From NCBI GenBank assembly GCA_963713975.1, contig OY970218.1, positions 1,632,001-1,696,000 on the forward strand: DNA of 64,000 nt. The letters are read 5' to 3'. Numbering within the stretch: position 1 is the stretch's first letter; every line of letters starts with the position of its first letter. The notes under the pieces are model-generated. The model did not search any database and had not been told where the DNA came from. It was given only the letters and a program-made list of their open reading frames with translations. Shown here piece by piece: positions 19,254 to 28,645 of this stretch. The stretch is from an uncultured Chloroflexia bacterium (GTDB lineage Bacteria; Chloroflexota; Limnocylindria; Limnocylindrales; CSP1-4). Both the position numbers and the translations under genes were made by a program.

Positions 19254-19955
19254 CTAGAGGTCGGCGACCGAGATGATCCCGCGGCGGATCGCGAACTTGA
19301 GCAGCTCCACGCGATCGTGGAAGCCCAGCTTCTCCATGACGTTCGCGCGGTAGTTGTGCACCGTCTGCTCCGACAGGTGGAACACCTTCGCGATCTCGCG
19401 GTTCGTGTGGCCGACCGCGGCGAGGAGCAGGACCTCCCTCTCGCGTTCCGTGAGGCTCGCGTAGACGTCCTCCACGGGCGCGTCCGGCGTGCGCAGCACG
19501 TACGTGTTGACCATGCGGGTCACGATCGCCGGAGACACATACGTCTGGCCACGACTGACGGCGCGGATCGCCGCGACCAGGTCTGACGGTTCGGCCTCAC
19601 GGCTGAGGAACCCGTCCGCACCGGCCTTGAGGGCGAGGCTGAACTGCTCCGTTCCGCCACGGCATTCGAGGGCCAGGATCCGCTTGTCGGGGGAGGCTGC
19701 CCGGATGTCCTCGATGGCCTGGAACGTGCCACAGCCCGGTGCGCCGAAAGGGAGGCATTCCGCGACGACCACGTCGGCCGGCGTGCTCGCAATGGCTGCC
19801 GGGATCTCGTCATTGCTCTCGACGATCCCGGCCACGCGCATGTCCAGCTCGGAGTCGATGACGGCTCGGTACCCGGCGACGAGCATGGGGAAGTCGAAGA
19901 TGGCGAGCAGCACCTCGAGCTTGCTCCCGGCCCCGGCCGGTCCGTTGTTCCTCAC
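19254..19955 (-). CDS. NarL/FixJ-family regulator with an atypical receiver domain
   Basis: C-terminal LTEREREVL...TNREIA...TVHNYRANVMEKL; the receiver lacks canonical DD/D/K; GAGGGA before GTG 19955. Confidence 0.88.
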   Translation of the reverse strand: MRNNGPAGAGSKLEVLLAIFDFPMLVAGYRAVIDSELDMRVAGIVESNDEIPAAIASTPADVVVAECLPFGAPGCGTFQAIEDIRAASPDKRILALECRGGTEQFSLALKAGADGFLSREAEPSDLVAAIRAVSRGQTYVSPAIVTRMVNTYVLRTPDAPVEDVYASLTEREREVLLLAAVGHTNREIAKVFHLSEQTVHNYRANVMEKLGFHDRVELLKFAIRRGIISVADL

Positions 19956-20183
19956 CAGTCCCTCGTGTCCGTTGCAGGCTTGCACCTCCCGCACGCTGGG
20001 AGGCCATGACACTGTGGCGCCTCGCCCCCCCACGGAGGAAGGGGCCATCAGTCGCGTTGCAGCACCCGCGGGACCCTCTGGAAGCCGGGACCGGTGGCCC
20101 GTGGACGTGGGCCGACCGGTCGGCCCGACCCCTCGCCGTGCGCCCGGCACCAGGTCCGCGGATCCACCCCTGGCCCGCCTGCG

Positions 20184-20696
20184 TCACGGGCGCTCGATCA
20201 TCCGGTCGACGGTCTCGTCCCATGTGGTCGGTTCCGCGAGGGGGGCCATGCGGGCAACCGCCATCTCGATCTGGTGCATGCAGCCTTGCCGCCATGTGCC
20301 GCCCTCGATGAACGCCCGGTGGCCGGCCTCCGTCCGGAGGTCCGCGCCGGTGAGCAGCCGGCACGACGACGAGCCGAACTCCGTCTCGAACGCCGCCAGC
20401 AGATCGGCCGTCAGCACCCTGGCAACGCGCTTGGCATCGCTATGACCCTCGACCCTCGATCCCGCGAGCCGGCCCACCGCGAGGGCGGCGCCGGTGACGG
20501 CGCCGCACATGGACCCGCTGTACGCCACGCCGCCGTTGAGCGCCATCGCGGCTGATGTGTCGTCGGGCTCCGGCAGTCCGAACGCTTCGGCGAGGACGAG
20601 GAACGTCGTCTCCGCGCAACCGTAGGTGTTGGCGTCGTCGAGGAACAGGTCGCGGGCTCGCTCCCGGGCGGTCGCCGCCGTCTCGCGGGTCGTCAT
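20184..20696 (-). CDS. C_GCAxxG_C_C family putative redox protein
   Basis: YGCAET, GGVAYSGSMCGAVTG, SSSCR, final Cys. Confidence 0.88.
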   Translation of the reverse strand: MTTRETAATARERARDLFLDDANTYGCAETTFLVLAEAFGLPEPDDTSAAMALNGGVAYSGSMCGAVTGAALAVGRLAGSRVEGHSDAKRVARVLTADLLAAFETEFGSSSCRLLTGADLRTEAGHRAFIEGGTWRQGCMHQIEMAVARMAPLAEPTTWDETVDRMIERP

Positions 20697-21490
20697 CGCT
20701 TGTACAGGAACCGGTCCTGGACGTCCGACTCGCCGAGCGCGAGGCGCTGGAGGCGGTAGAGGTGCGAGCCCAGGGCGTAGGCGTCGTCCGCATCGAGGTC
20801 CTCGGAGCGGCGAAGGGCCTCGATCTCCGTGCGGACGCCAAGCGGCGGGTGGCGCGCGATGAGCCCCGCCAGGCGGTTCGCCTCGGCCATGAGGTCGACG
20901 GCGAGGACCACGCGGTTGACGAGGTGCACCCGGAGTGCCTCGTCCGCATCGATCGGCTCCCCGGTGAGGGCCATCTCCCAGGCGATGACCGGCGGCAGGT
21001 GGTGGGACAGGCGCATCGCTCCGCCCAGTCCGCCCATCCCGTAGGCGATCTCAGGGAGGCCGAAGCGGGCATCCGGCGCGGCGACGCGGATGTCGGTCAG
21101 GCGCAGCAGGTAGAACAGGGCGCGGCCCAGGCACCAGCCCCGCACGGCACCGATCATCGGCTTGGTCCGCTCCATGCGCAGGACGGCATCGGCCGGATCC
21201 CAGCCGGGGGGCTCGTCCTGGCCGGGCCGCCCCGGGCCAGAGCTCATCGCCCCCAGCAGGTCTGTGACCGTGTCGCCGGAACCCTCCACCTCGGCCTTGA
21301 TGTCGTCGCCGGCCGAGAAGGCCCGTTCCCCGGCGCCGGTCAGGATGCCCACGCGCAGGTCGGGGTCGGCCAGGAAGTCGGACATGGCCGCATGCAGCTC
21401 GCGGTGCATGGCTGGCGTGATCGGGTTCACCGAGCCGTTCGCGAGCGTGATGGTGACGACGTGCCCTTCCTTGGCGACCTCGATGCCCAT
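20693..21490 (-). CDS. enoyl-CoA hydratase/isomerase (crotonase) family protein
   Basis: ILTGAGERAFSAGDD, KPMIGAVRG, FGLPE, LTGEPIDADEAL. Confidence 0.9.
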   Translation of the reverse strand: MGIEVAKEGHVVTITLANGSVNPITPAMHRELHAAMSDFLADPDLRVGILTGAGERAFSAGDDIKAEVEGSGDTVTDLLGAMSSGPGRPGQDEPPGWDPADAVLRMERTKPMIGAVRGWCLGRALFYLLRLTDIRVAAPDARFGLPEIAYGMGGLGGAMRLSHHLPPVIAWEMALTGEPIDADEALRVHLVNRVVLAVDLMAEANRLAGLIARHPPLGVRTEIEALRRSEDLDADDAYALGSHLYRLQRLALGESDVQDRFLYKR

Positions 21491-21521
21491 GCTGTCTCCC
21501 GCTCCGAGCCGGCGCTTGGGT

Positions 21522-23147
21522 TCAGGCCGCCGGCTGGATATCCATCATGCGCGCTGCAACCACGCTGCGCTGGACCTTGCGCGTATGCGTCCTGGGAAAG
21601 TCGGGTTCCGGGAACGGCGCCTGTGAGACGACCCGCTGGTGCTGGGCGAGGTTCTTGTTGGCCGCACGGACCGCCGTGGCAACCGCAGCAGCCTCATCGT
21701 CCACCGGATCCGCGAAGGTGACATCGGTCCGGTAGGCGAGCGCGATGCGTCCGTCTCCCGAGTCGTACACCACCGGCTCCACGATACCCTCGGCCATCAG
21801 CGCCGCCTCCACGTCTTCGGGATGCACGTTCATGCCGTTGGGGAGGGCAATGAGCGAGCGGGTCCTGCCGACGAGGCGCAGGGAGCCGGTGGCGTCGACC
21901 TCCCCGTAGTCGCCGGTCCGGTACCAGCCGTCGGCCGTGAACGCGGCGGCCGTCGAGACCGGGTCCTCCCAGTAGCCTGCGAAGACGGACGGTCCACGGA
22001 CGACGACCTCGCCGTCCGGCTCCACGCGGAGCTCGAGCGGCGGCTCGGTCCAGCCCACCCGGTCGGCCGGTGCGCGGTCACGGTAGTTGGTGGCAACCAG
22101 GCCAGCCTCGGTGGAGCCGTAGCCCTGGATCACGGCGATGCCGAGCGCCTCCCAGCTCCGCTGCAGGGCCGGCGACAGGTACGCGGCGGAGCACAGCACG
22201 AGCCTCAGCTCGCCGCCCAGCGCCGCGTGCACCTTCTTGAACAGGCGCCGCCTGAGCGGGATGGGCAGGTATGGAGCGACCTTGAGCGCTCGCCGGAAGG
22301 TCGCCCCGCTGCCGGCCCGGTCCGCCTCGCGCCGGATCGCCCCGAACAGGAGCTCCAGAACCTGCGGCACGACGACCAGGGCGGTCGCCCGGTGCCCCTG
22401 GATCGATGCGGCGATGACATCCGGCCGGAGAGTGGTGATGTACTCGGTCTCCGCCTCGGCAGCCACCGCGTAGATGAGGCCGGCCACCTGCTCCATGATG
22501 TGCGACAGCGGCAGGATCGAGACGAAGCGGTTGCCCCCGGCCGGGATCGTCGCCAGGCAGCGCTCCGTCGAGGCCAGCAGCATCGACTGGGTGACGGTCA
22601 CGCCCTTGGGGTTGCCGGTCGAGCCCGAGGTGCACAGGATCTCGATGGGCTGGGCGGGGTCCGCGGGCTGCCGCGCCGCCAGAGCGGCCACCGCCTCCGG
22701 TGGGGCCGGGCTCGCCACGTCGTCCAGGTCGATGACGGGAAGCGCCGCCAGCCGCGGCAGGGTGATCGGCTCCAGCGTCGAGCCCGTGCCCAGCAGGATC
22801 GCGGAGGGCTTGGTCAGCGCGGCGATGCGGTCGATGGTCTCCGCCGTCATCCGCACGTCCAGTGGGACGAGGACCACGTCCGCCCGGCCCGCGGCGAACA
22901 GCGCGGCCGCGAACCCGGGTCCCGGCGCCCCCTGCACAAGGACGCGCTCGCGCGGCGCGACTGCGGCGGCAAGACGTGCGGCTGCGTTCGACACGGCCCG
23001 CCCGAACTCGGCCATCGTCAGCGAGACCTCGCGCGTGCTGGAGGATCGGACGCCCAGGAAGGGTGCATCGCCAGCTCTCGCTACGGCGCGTTCGAGCAAG
23101 CCGGTCAGGGTGTCGGGCCGGGGGGTTGCCACGGGCGGAGTGGTCAC
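21522..23147 (-). CDS. AMP-binding long-chain acyl-CoA synthetase-like enzyme
   Basis: TSGSTGNPKG, QGYGSTE, YRTGD, PRTHTRK. Confidence 0.92.
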   Translation of the reverse strand: MTTPPVATPRPDTLTGLLERAVARAGDAPFLGVRSSSTREVSLTMAEFGRAVSNAAARLAAAVAPRERVLVQGAPGPGFAAALFAAGRADVVLVPLDVRMTAETIDRIAALTKPSAILLGTGSTLEPITLPRLAALPVIDLDDVASPAPPEAVAALAARQPADPAQPIEILCTSGSTGNPKGVTVTQSMLLASTERCLATIPAGGNRFVSILPLSHIMEQVAGLIYAVAAEAETEYITTLRPDVIAASIQGHRATALVVVPQVLELLFGAIRREADRAGSGATFRRALKVAPYLPIPLRRRLFKKVHAALGGELRLVLCSAAYLSPALQRSWEALGIAVIQGYGSTEAGLVATNYRDRAPADRVGWTEPPLELRVEPDGEVVVRGPSVFAGYWEDPVSTAAAFTADGWYRTGDYGEVDATGSLRLVGRTRSLIALPNGMNVHPEDVEAALMAEGIVEPVVYDSGDGRIALAYRTDVTFADPVDDEAAAVATAVRAANKNLAQHQRVVSQAPFPEPDFPRTHTRKVQRSVVAARMMDIQPAA

Positions 23148-23772
23148 GGGGGCCTCTCAGGCGGATTGGCCGCCGCCCTGGGGGAGCGGGTACGACCGGG
23201 CGCAGGAGCTCCGCGCCGGAGCGGAGAGGATAGCCCGATAGCGGCAGGCACGTACACGACGTGTTCCGAGTAGCCGGCGGTTTGCCGGGCACCGCGCCGC
23301 GAGGCGGGGGGCCTGGATCGCCGGTCCCGGGCCGGAGCGTGGCGCCGGGTCCTCGTGCCGGGCCCCTCGTGCTGTGCCGGACACCCGGCGATCACGGGCA
23401 GTGCTGGACGCCAGCTGAACGCGCCGCACACGGGCCCTTGGGCACGCCGGCATAACCGGTGGTGATCATCGGGGCCCTTGGACGGCCGTGCAGGGGTTGG
23501 ATCGGCCGATCAGGGCGGTGATAGCACCAGGAGTGATCACAGGGCAGCGGCACCGGCAGCGGACAGCGGGCGGGCAGCGGGACCGGGAGCGGCACCGGGC
23601 GCGGCCGAGGCCCGCGCGTCGGACGCGCACGGATGCGCCGTGCCCGAGGTGGTCCACGACCCGGGGAGGAGCACCCGGGCTCGCGTCATGGCGGCATCGC
23701 GCGTACCATCACACGCCCGGGCCGATGCACGGTACAGAGCGGAATTCCACGGTAGAGCGAGATCGAGGCCAG

Positions 23773-24030
23773 ATGACCAAGCATTCGAGGGCTGAGCGCG
23801 AGCGCCGCGCCGCCGAGTCCGTGCGCATGAGCGAGATCCAGCGCGCCTGGGAGGCCAGCATCCCGGCCCCGGTCGCCGCCGAGTTCGCAGCCGCAGTCGC
23901 CGCTGCGCGTGCCCGTGGCCCGCTTCCGCCGCAACCGGACATGGCTCCCGGAACGGCACCCCGACCGCCCCGCCCGGGTCGTGAGCCGAAGCCCAGCAAG
24001 GAAGAGACCGGGCCCCGGCGCCGCTACTAG
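23773..24030 (+). CDS. small hypothetical protein (85 aa)
   Basis: GAGG before ATG; helical N-terminus (MTKHSRAERERRAAE) and Pro-rich tail. Confidence 0.65.
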   Translation: MTKHSRAERERRAAESVRMSEIQRAWEASIPAPVAAEFAAAVAAARARGPLPPQPDMAPGTAPRPPRPGREPKPSKEETGPRRRY

Positions 24031-24172
24031 GCGTCCGTCGCGTCTGCCGACCACGACGGCACGCCCTCGCGGGTGACGGACGGCCCGGCCTGAGGGTGGC
24101 GGAATCGCCCTAGGCACGCATCGGCCTGCGCCCCGACCATGACCTCGGCAGGCAACGTCGAGGGGTGGTCCG

Positions 24173-25501
24173 ATGGCCCATGCGACATCACGCGGCGCGT
24201 ACGGTGCGCTCACCGACCGTCTGAACCGGATGCCCCAGGGGGCACCGCCCTCCGACCTCCTGTACCGGATCCTGGCCCTCCTGTTCACGGAACGCGAGGC
24301 CGGCCTGGTTGCACGGCTGCCCGTCCGTCCGGTCACCGTTCGCCGGGCGGCACGGATCTGGGGCGTCCGCGAGGCCGAGGCGCGCAGGGTGCTCGAGGAC
24401 CTGGCGTCGCGCGCGATCCTGCTCGACGTCGAAGGTCCGCGCGGGACCCTCTACATGCTCCCCCCGCCGATGGCCGGCTTCTTCGAGTTCTCGATGATGC
24501 GGGTGCGGGACGACATCGACCAGCACCTGCTGGCGGAGCTGTTCCAGCAGTACATCACCGTCGAGGATGACTTCATCCTTGCCCTCTTCACCCGCGGGCA
24601 GACGCAGCTGGGCCGCGTGTTCGTCAACGAACGGGCCCTTGCGGACGCCGGGCCGCGAGACGGCAGCGCCACTCCAGGTGGCGGCCCGGCCCGCGACGGC
24701 GTCATGCAGGTCCTGGACTACGAGCGGGCGAGCGAGGTCATCGGGACCGCGGAGCACATGGGCGTCGGCGTCTGCTACTGCCGGCACAAGGCGGAGCACG
24801 TGGGCAAGGCGTGCAAGGCACCCATGAACATCTGCATGACCTTCGGCGGTACGGCCGACGCCCTGATCCGGCACGGCTACGCCCGTCGCGTGGACAGGGC
24901 CGAGGGCATGGACCTTCTGGCCGAGGCCTACGACAACCGTCTCGTCCAGTTCGGCGAGAACGTCCAGCGCGACGTCGCCTTCATCTGCAACTGCTGCGGA
25001 TGCTGCTGCGAGGCGATGATCGCGCAACGCCGGTTCGGGCGTCTCGACCCCGTCCACACCACGAACTACCTGCCGCGCGTCGACGCGGCCACCTGCAACG
25101 GCTGCGGCAAGTGCGTGGACGCCTGCCCCGTGGTGGCCATGACCCTCGTCTCCGCGAACGACCCCCACAAGCCACGCAAGCGCCGGGCGGAGCTGGACGC
25201 CGACATCTGCCTCGGCTGTGGTATGTGCGCCCGTGTCTGCCTCAGCGGCGGCCTGTGGCTGGAGGCACGGCCGGAGCGCGTGGTCACGCCCGTCGACTCG
25301 CTCCACCGGACGATCCTGATGGCCATCGAGCGCGGGAAGCTCCAGGACTGCATCTTCGACAACCAGGCGCTGGCAAGCCACCGGGCGATGGCGGCGATCC
25401 TGGGCGTGATCCTGAAGTTGCCGCCGACCAAGCAGGTGCTCGCCACACGGCAGTTCCGTTCGCGCTACCTCGCCACGCTGCTGGACCGCGTCAAGGTCTG
25501 A
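24173..25501 (+). CDS. 4Fe-4S dicluster / Cys-rich ferredoxin-domain protein with N-terminal HTH-like region
   Basis: CYCRH, ICNCCGCCC, CNGCGKCVDACP, CLGCGMCARVC. Confidence 0.9.
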   Translation: MAHATSRGAYGALTDRLNRMPQGAPPSDLLYRILALLFTEREAGLVARLPVRPVTVRRAARIWGVREAEARRVLEDLASRAILLDVEGPRGTLYMLPPPMAGFFEFSMMRVRDDIDQHLLAELFQQYITVEDDFILALFTRGQTQLGRVFVNERALADAGPRDGSATPGGGPARDGVMQVLDYERASEVIGTAEHMGVGVCYCRHKAEHVGKACKAPMNICMTFGGTADALIRHGYARRVDRAEGMDLLAEAYDNRLVQFGENVQRDVAFICNCCGCCCEAMIAQRRFGRLDPVHTTNYLPRVDAATCNGCGKCVDACPVVAMTLVSANDPHKPRKRRAELDADICLGCGMCARVCLSGGLWLEARPERVVTPVDSLHRTILMAIERGKLQDCIFDNQALASHRAMAAILGVILKLPPTKQVLATRQFRSRYLATLLDRVKV

Positions 25502-25533
25502 CCACCCGAGGCAGGGCCCGGGAGGTATCGACC

Positions 25534-26011
25534 TTGACCGAGCGCCCCATCAGCGTCCTGTTCGCGTGCACCCACAACTCGGCCGCAGCCAGCATGCCGA
25601 GCCTGCTGCTGGCCCGCGAGGGTGGCCCCGATTTCGAGGTCCGCACCGCCGGAACGGTGGCGAAGAGGGTCAACCCGTACGCGATTCGGGCTCGCGCCGA
25701 GGTCGGCATCGACTGGTCTGCCGCCCGCAGCGAGTCGATCGCGGAGTTCCTGGACCCGCGCTTCGACGACGTGATCACCGTCTTCGAGCACGCTCGCGAG
25801 ACGTGCCCGGTGTTCCCCGGGCTCAACGAACGCCCCCCACTGGGGCCCCGACGACCCCAATGACGTGGACGGCACCGACGAGGGGCGGCTGGCCGCGTTC
25901 CGGCAGACCCGCCTCGAGATCACGTCCAGGCTCGGCCCGTTTGTCGAGGAGGCCATAGCGGTCGTCCTCGCAGCCGAGGAGATCGGGGCCGAGGCGGAAG
26001 CCGAGATCTGA
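25534..26011 (+). pseudogene. arsC: frameshifted ArsC (LMW-PTP type arsenate reductase)
   Basis: GGAGG-TTG start. VLFACTHNSA lacks the following RSQ, ITVF replaces ITVC, then CPVFPG. The C-terminus (HWGPDDP...RLAAFRQTRLEI) is in the +1 frame after a C6 run at 25833-25838. Confidence 0.8.
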
Positions 26012-26068
26012 GTCTGGCCTGGCAGGCCGTCTCCTGATCGTCGGACCCAGCGCCCGGGCGGGTGCTGG

Positions 26069-26704
26069 TCAGCCCAGGGCGAGGATGTGCACCGCGATCG
26101 GGGGCGTGTCGGTGTACGTCTCCTCGGCCGCGACCATCTCGCCTGTCGGAACCCCGAGGGCCCTCGCGGCGGCGTCCGTCACGAGGGCGTACGGCCGTTG
26201 CCCGATGACCTCGCGCGCGTGGTTCTTGAGCAACCGGTGGACGATGTTGATGTCCGGCCCCAGCAGCTCCTCGCGGCCGGCGATCGATTGGGCCACGTAG
26301 TCCCCGTGGTGGAGGACGAACTTGAGATCCAGGCGCTCGATGCGCGCGCAGGCCGTGCACGTGCACGTCCACTCTGCGCCCGTAGCGGCCAACCGCTCGC
26401 GGAAGGACGCGTAGCAGGCCCTGAGACAGTCGAGCACCTCGGCCCCCTCCGGCAGGGCTTCGCTGGCGACCGCGAAGATCGCGTCGCCCTCGAACTTGGC
26501 GAGCCGGAAGGTGGGCGCGATCGCCACCACCATCGTGTCGAGGAGGTGCGACAGCACCGCGTACGCGTTGGGTGGCTCATCGGCGTCGACGATCAGCGCT
26601 CGGTGCGCCTCCGCCACGCCCTGCAGGAAGGCCGTGTAGCCGGTGATGTCGACAAGGAGCAGGGCGCCCCGCTGGCGGGACCCACCGGTGACGGGGCTGA
26701 GCAT
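26069..26704 (-). CDS. DUF2652-like protein (nucleotide-cyclase-like fold)
   Basis: LLVDITGYT, KFEGDAIF, CTCTAC, LDLKFVLHHG, VHRLLKN. Confidence 0.85.
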   Translation of the reverse strand: MLSPVTGGSRQRGALLLVDITGYTAFLQGVAEAHRALIVDADEPPNAYAVLSHLLDTMVVAIAPTFRLAKFEGDAIFAVASEALPEGAEVLDCLRACYASFRERLAATGAEWTCTCTACARIERLDLKFVLHHGDYVAQSIAGREELLGPDINIVHRLLKNHAREVIGQRPYALVTDAAARALGVPTGEMVAAEETYTDTPPIAVHILALG

Positions 26705-26891
26705 CGCGGCATTGTCACACGGGGCGGCCTGGTGCGCGGAGCCCTGGTCTGGTGGCGGCTGCCGGGCCGGCTGACCAACGCCCGCGGGCGTCCATTGCGA
26801 GGATCGCCCACTTCGGGCGACGAACGACTGCACCAATGGCCTACCATGGCCGCTCTCATTCAAGCGTCCGATCAGGGGAGGGTGGCGAGGC

Positions 26892-28637
26892 ATGGCAGCG
26901 GCGACGACACGGGCGAAGCGGCGTCCATCGATGTTCCTGGGCGGCCTGCTGCCGTTCGATTCGGCGCGACTGCCGACCGATGTGATCGCCGGTGCCACCC
27001 TTGCCGCCTTGGCGATCCCCGAGGTGATGGGCTACACCAAGATCGCCGGCACGCCAGTGATCACCGGCCTGTACACCCTGCTCCTGCCGGTCCTGTTCTT
27101 CGCCCTCTTCGGCTCGTCGCGCCACCTGGTGGTGGGTGCGGATTCGGCGTCGGCCGCGATCCTCGCCACCGGGCTCGTGGCAATGGGCCAGGTCTCCGGG
27201 TCCACCGAGTACGTCGACATGACCTCGCTGGCCGCGCTCATGTGCGCGGTGCTGCTCATTGCCGCGCGACTGCTGAGGCTCGGGTTCATTGCAAACTTCC
27301 TCTCGCGGAGCGTGCTGATCGGGTTCCTCACCGGTGTGGGCATCCAGGTCGCCATGGGTCAGGTCGGCGGCATGTTCGGGATCGGCAGCCAGAGTGGCGG
27401 GACGATCCAGAAGTTCATCGAGACGATCCAGCTGATCCCCACCGAGACCAACGTCCCGACGCTCATCGTCTCCGTCTCCGTCCTCGCGGTCATCATCGGA
27501 CTGGGCAAGGTCAACAAGGCCATCCCCGGGGCGCTGATCGCGGTGGTCGGCGCCATTGTCGCCAGCTACGCGCTCGACCTCCAGGCCGACGGCGTGACCG
27601 TGCTCGGCACGGTGCCCGGCGGACTGCCTTCGCTCAGCCTGCCGACCGAGGTCATCACCCAGGCGAACATCGTGGCCCTGCTGCCGACGGTCGTCTCGCT
27701 GGTGATCGTCATCCTGGCCCAGAGCGCGGCCACGTCGCGTGCCTACGCCATGAAGTACGGCGACAGCTTCAACGAGAACGTCGACCTCGTCGGCCTCGGC
27801 ATGGCCAACATCGGGGCCGGCATCACCGGCACCTTCGTGGTCAACGGCAGCCCCACCAAGACCGAGATGGTCGATAGCGGCGGCGGACGCAGCCAGATCT
27901 CGCAGCTCACCGCGGGCGCGGTCGTGGCGTTCGTCCTGCTGTTCCTCACCGGTCCCCTTGCCTACATGCCCAACGCGGTCCTCGCGGCCGTGGTGTTCCT
28001 GATCGGCCTGCGGCTGATCGACTACCGCGGGATGGCCGCGATCCTGCACGTCCGACCGGGCGAGTTCGCCGTCGCGTTCGCGACCGCGGCGATCGTCGTC
28101 GTCATCGGCGTGGAGCAGGGGATCATCATCGCGATCGGGCTGTCGATCCTGGAGCACATCTACCACAGCTACCACCCGTACGACACGCTCCTGGCCCTGG
28201 CGGCGGACGGTTCCCCGGGCCCCGTGGCTCTCGCGGACCGGACCGAGGCACTGCCGGGCCTGGTCATGTACCGGTTCGGGGCCAGCCTCTACTACGCGAA
28301 CGGTTCCCGCTTCACCGAGGAGATCATGGACGTGGTCGAGGGCGCCGAGACGCCACTCCGCTGGCTGGGCGTCTCCGGCACGGTGATCGGCGACGTGGAC
28401 TTCTCGGGCGCCGACACGATCCGCCAGGTCCAAGAGGAGCTCGCCCGGACCGGGGTCACGTTCGCCATGTGCGATCTCGACCCGAAGGTCCGCGGGCAGC
28501 TCGACGCCTACGGCCTGACCGAGGTGATCGGGGCCGACCGGATCTTCCTCACCGCGGCCGACATGGTCGCGGCCTACCGTGCTTCCGGCGATGCGGCTGC
28601 CGCTCCGGCCCCGAGCCCGGCACCGGCCGACGGCTGA
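26892..28637 (+). CDS. SulP family anion transporter with STAS domain
   Basis: IPEVMGY...GLYT, FGSSRHLVVGADS, C-terminal YRFGASLYYAN...VDFSG. Confidence 0.93.
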   Translation: MAAATTRAKRRPSMFLGGLLPFDSARLPTDVIAGATLAALAIPEVMGYTKIAGTPVITGLYTLLLPVLFFALFGSSRHLVVGADSASAAILATGLVAMGQVSGSTEYVDMTSLAALMCAVLLIAARLLRLGFIANFLSRSVLIGFLTGVGIQVAMGQVGGMFGIGSQSGGTIQKFIETIQLIPTETNVPTLIVSVSVLAVIIGLGKVNKAIPGALIAVVGAIVASYALDLQADGVTVLGTVPGGLPSLSLPTEVITQANIVALLPTVVSLVIVILAQSAATSRAYAMKYGDSFNENVDLVGLGMANIGAGITGTFVVNGSPTKTEMVDSGGGRSQISQLTAGAVVAFVLLFLTGPLAYMPNAVLAAVVFLIGLRLIDYRGMAAILHVRPGEFAVAFATAAIVVVIGVEQGIIIAIGLSILEHIYHSYHPYDTLLALAADGSPGPVALADRTEALPGLVMYRFGASLYYANGSRFTEEIMDVVEGAETPLRWLGVSGTVIGDVDFSGADTIRQVQEELARTGVTFAMCDLDPKVRGQLDAYGLTEVIGADRIFLTAADMVAAYRASGDAAAAPAPSPAPADG

Positions 28638-28645
28638 GCGAACTC

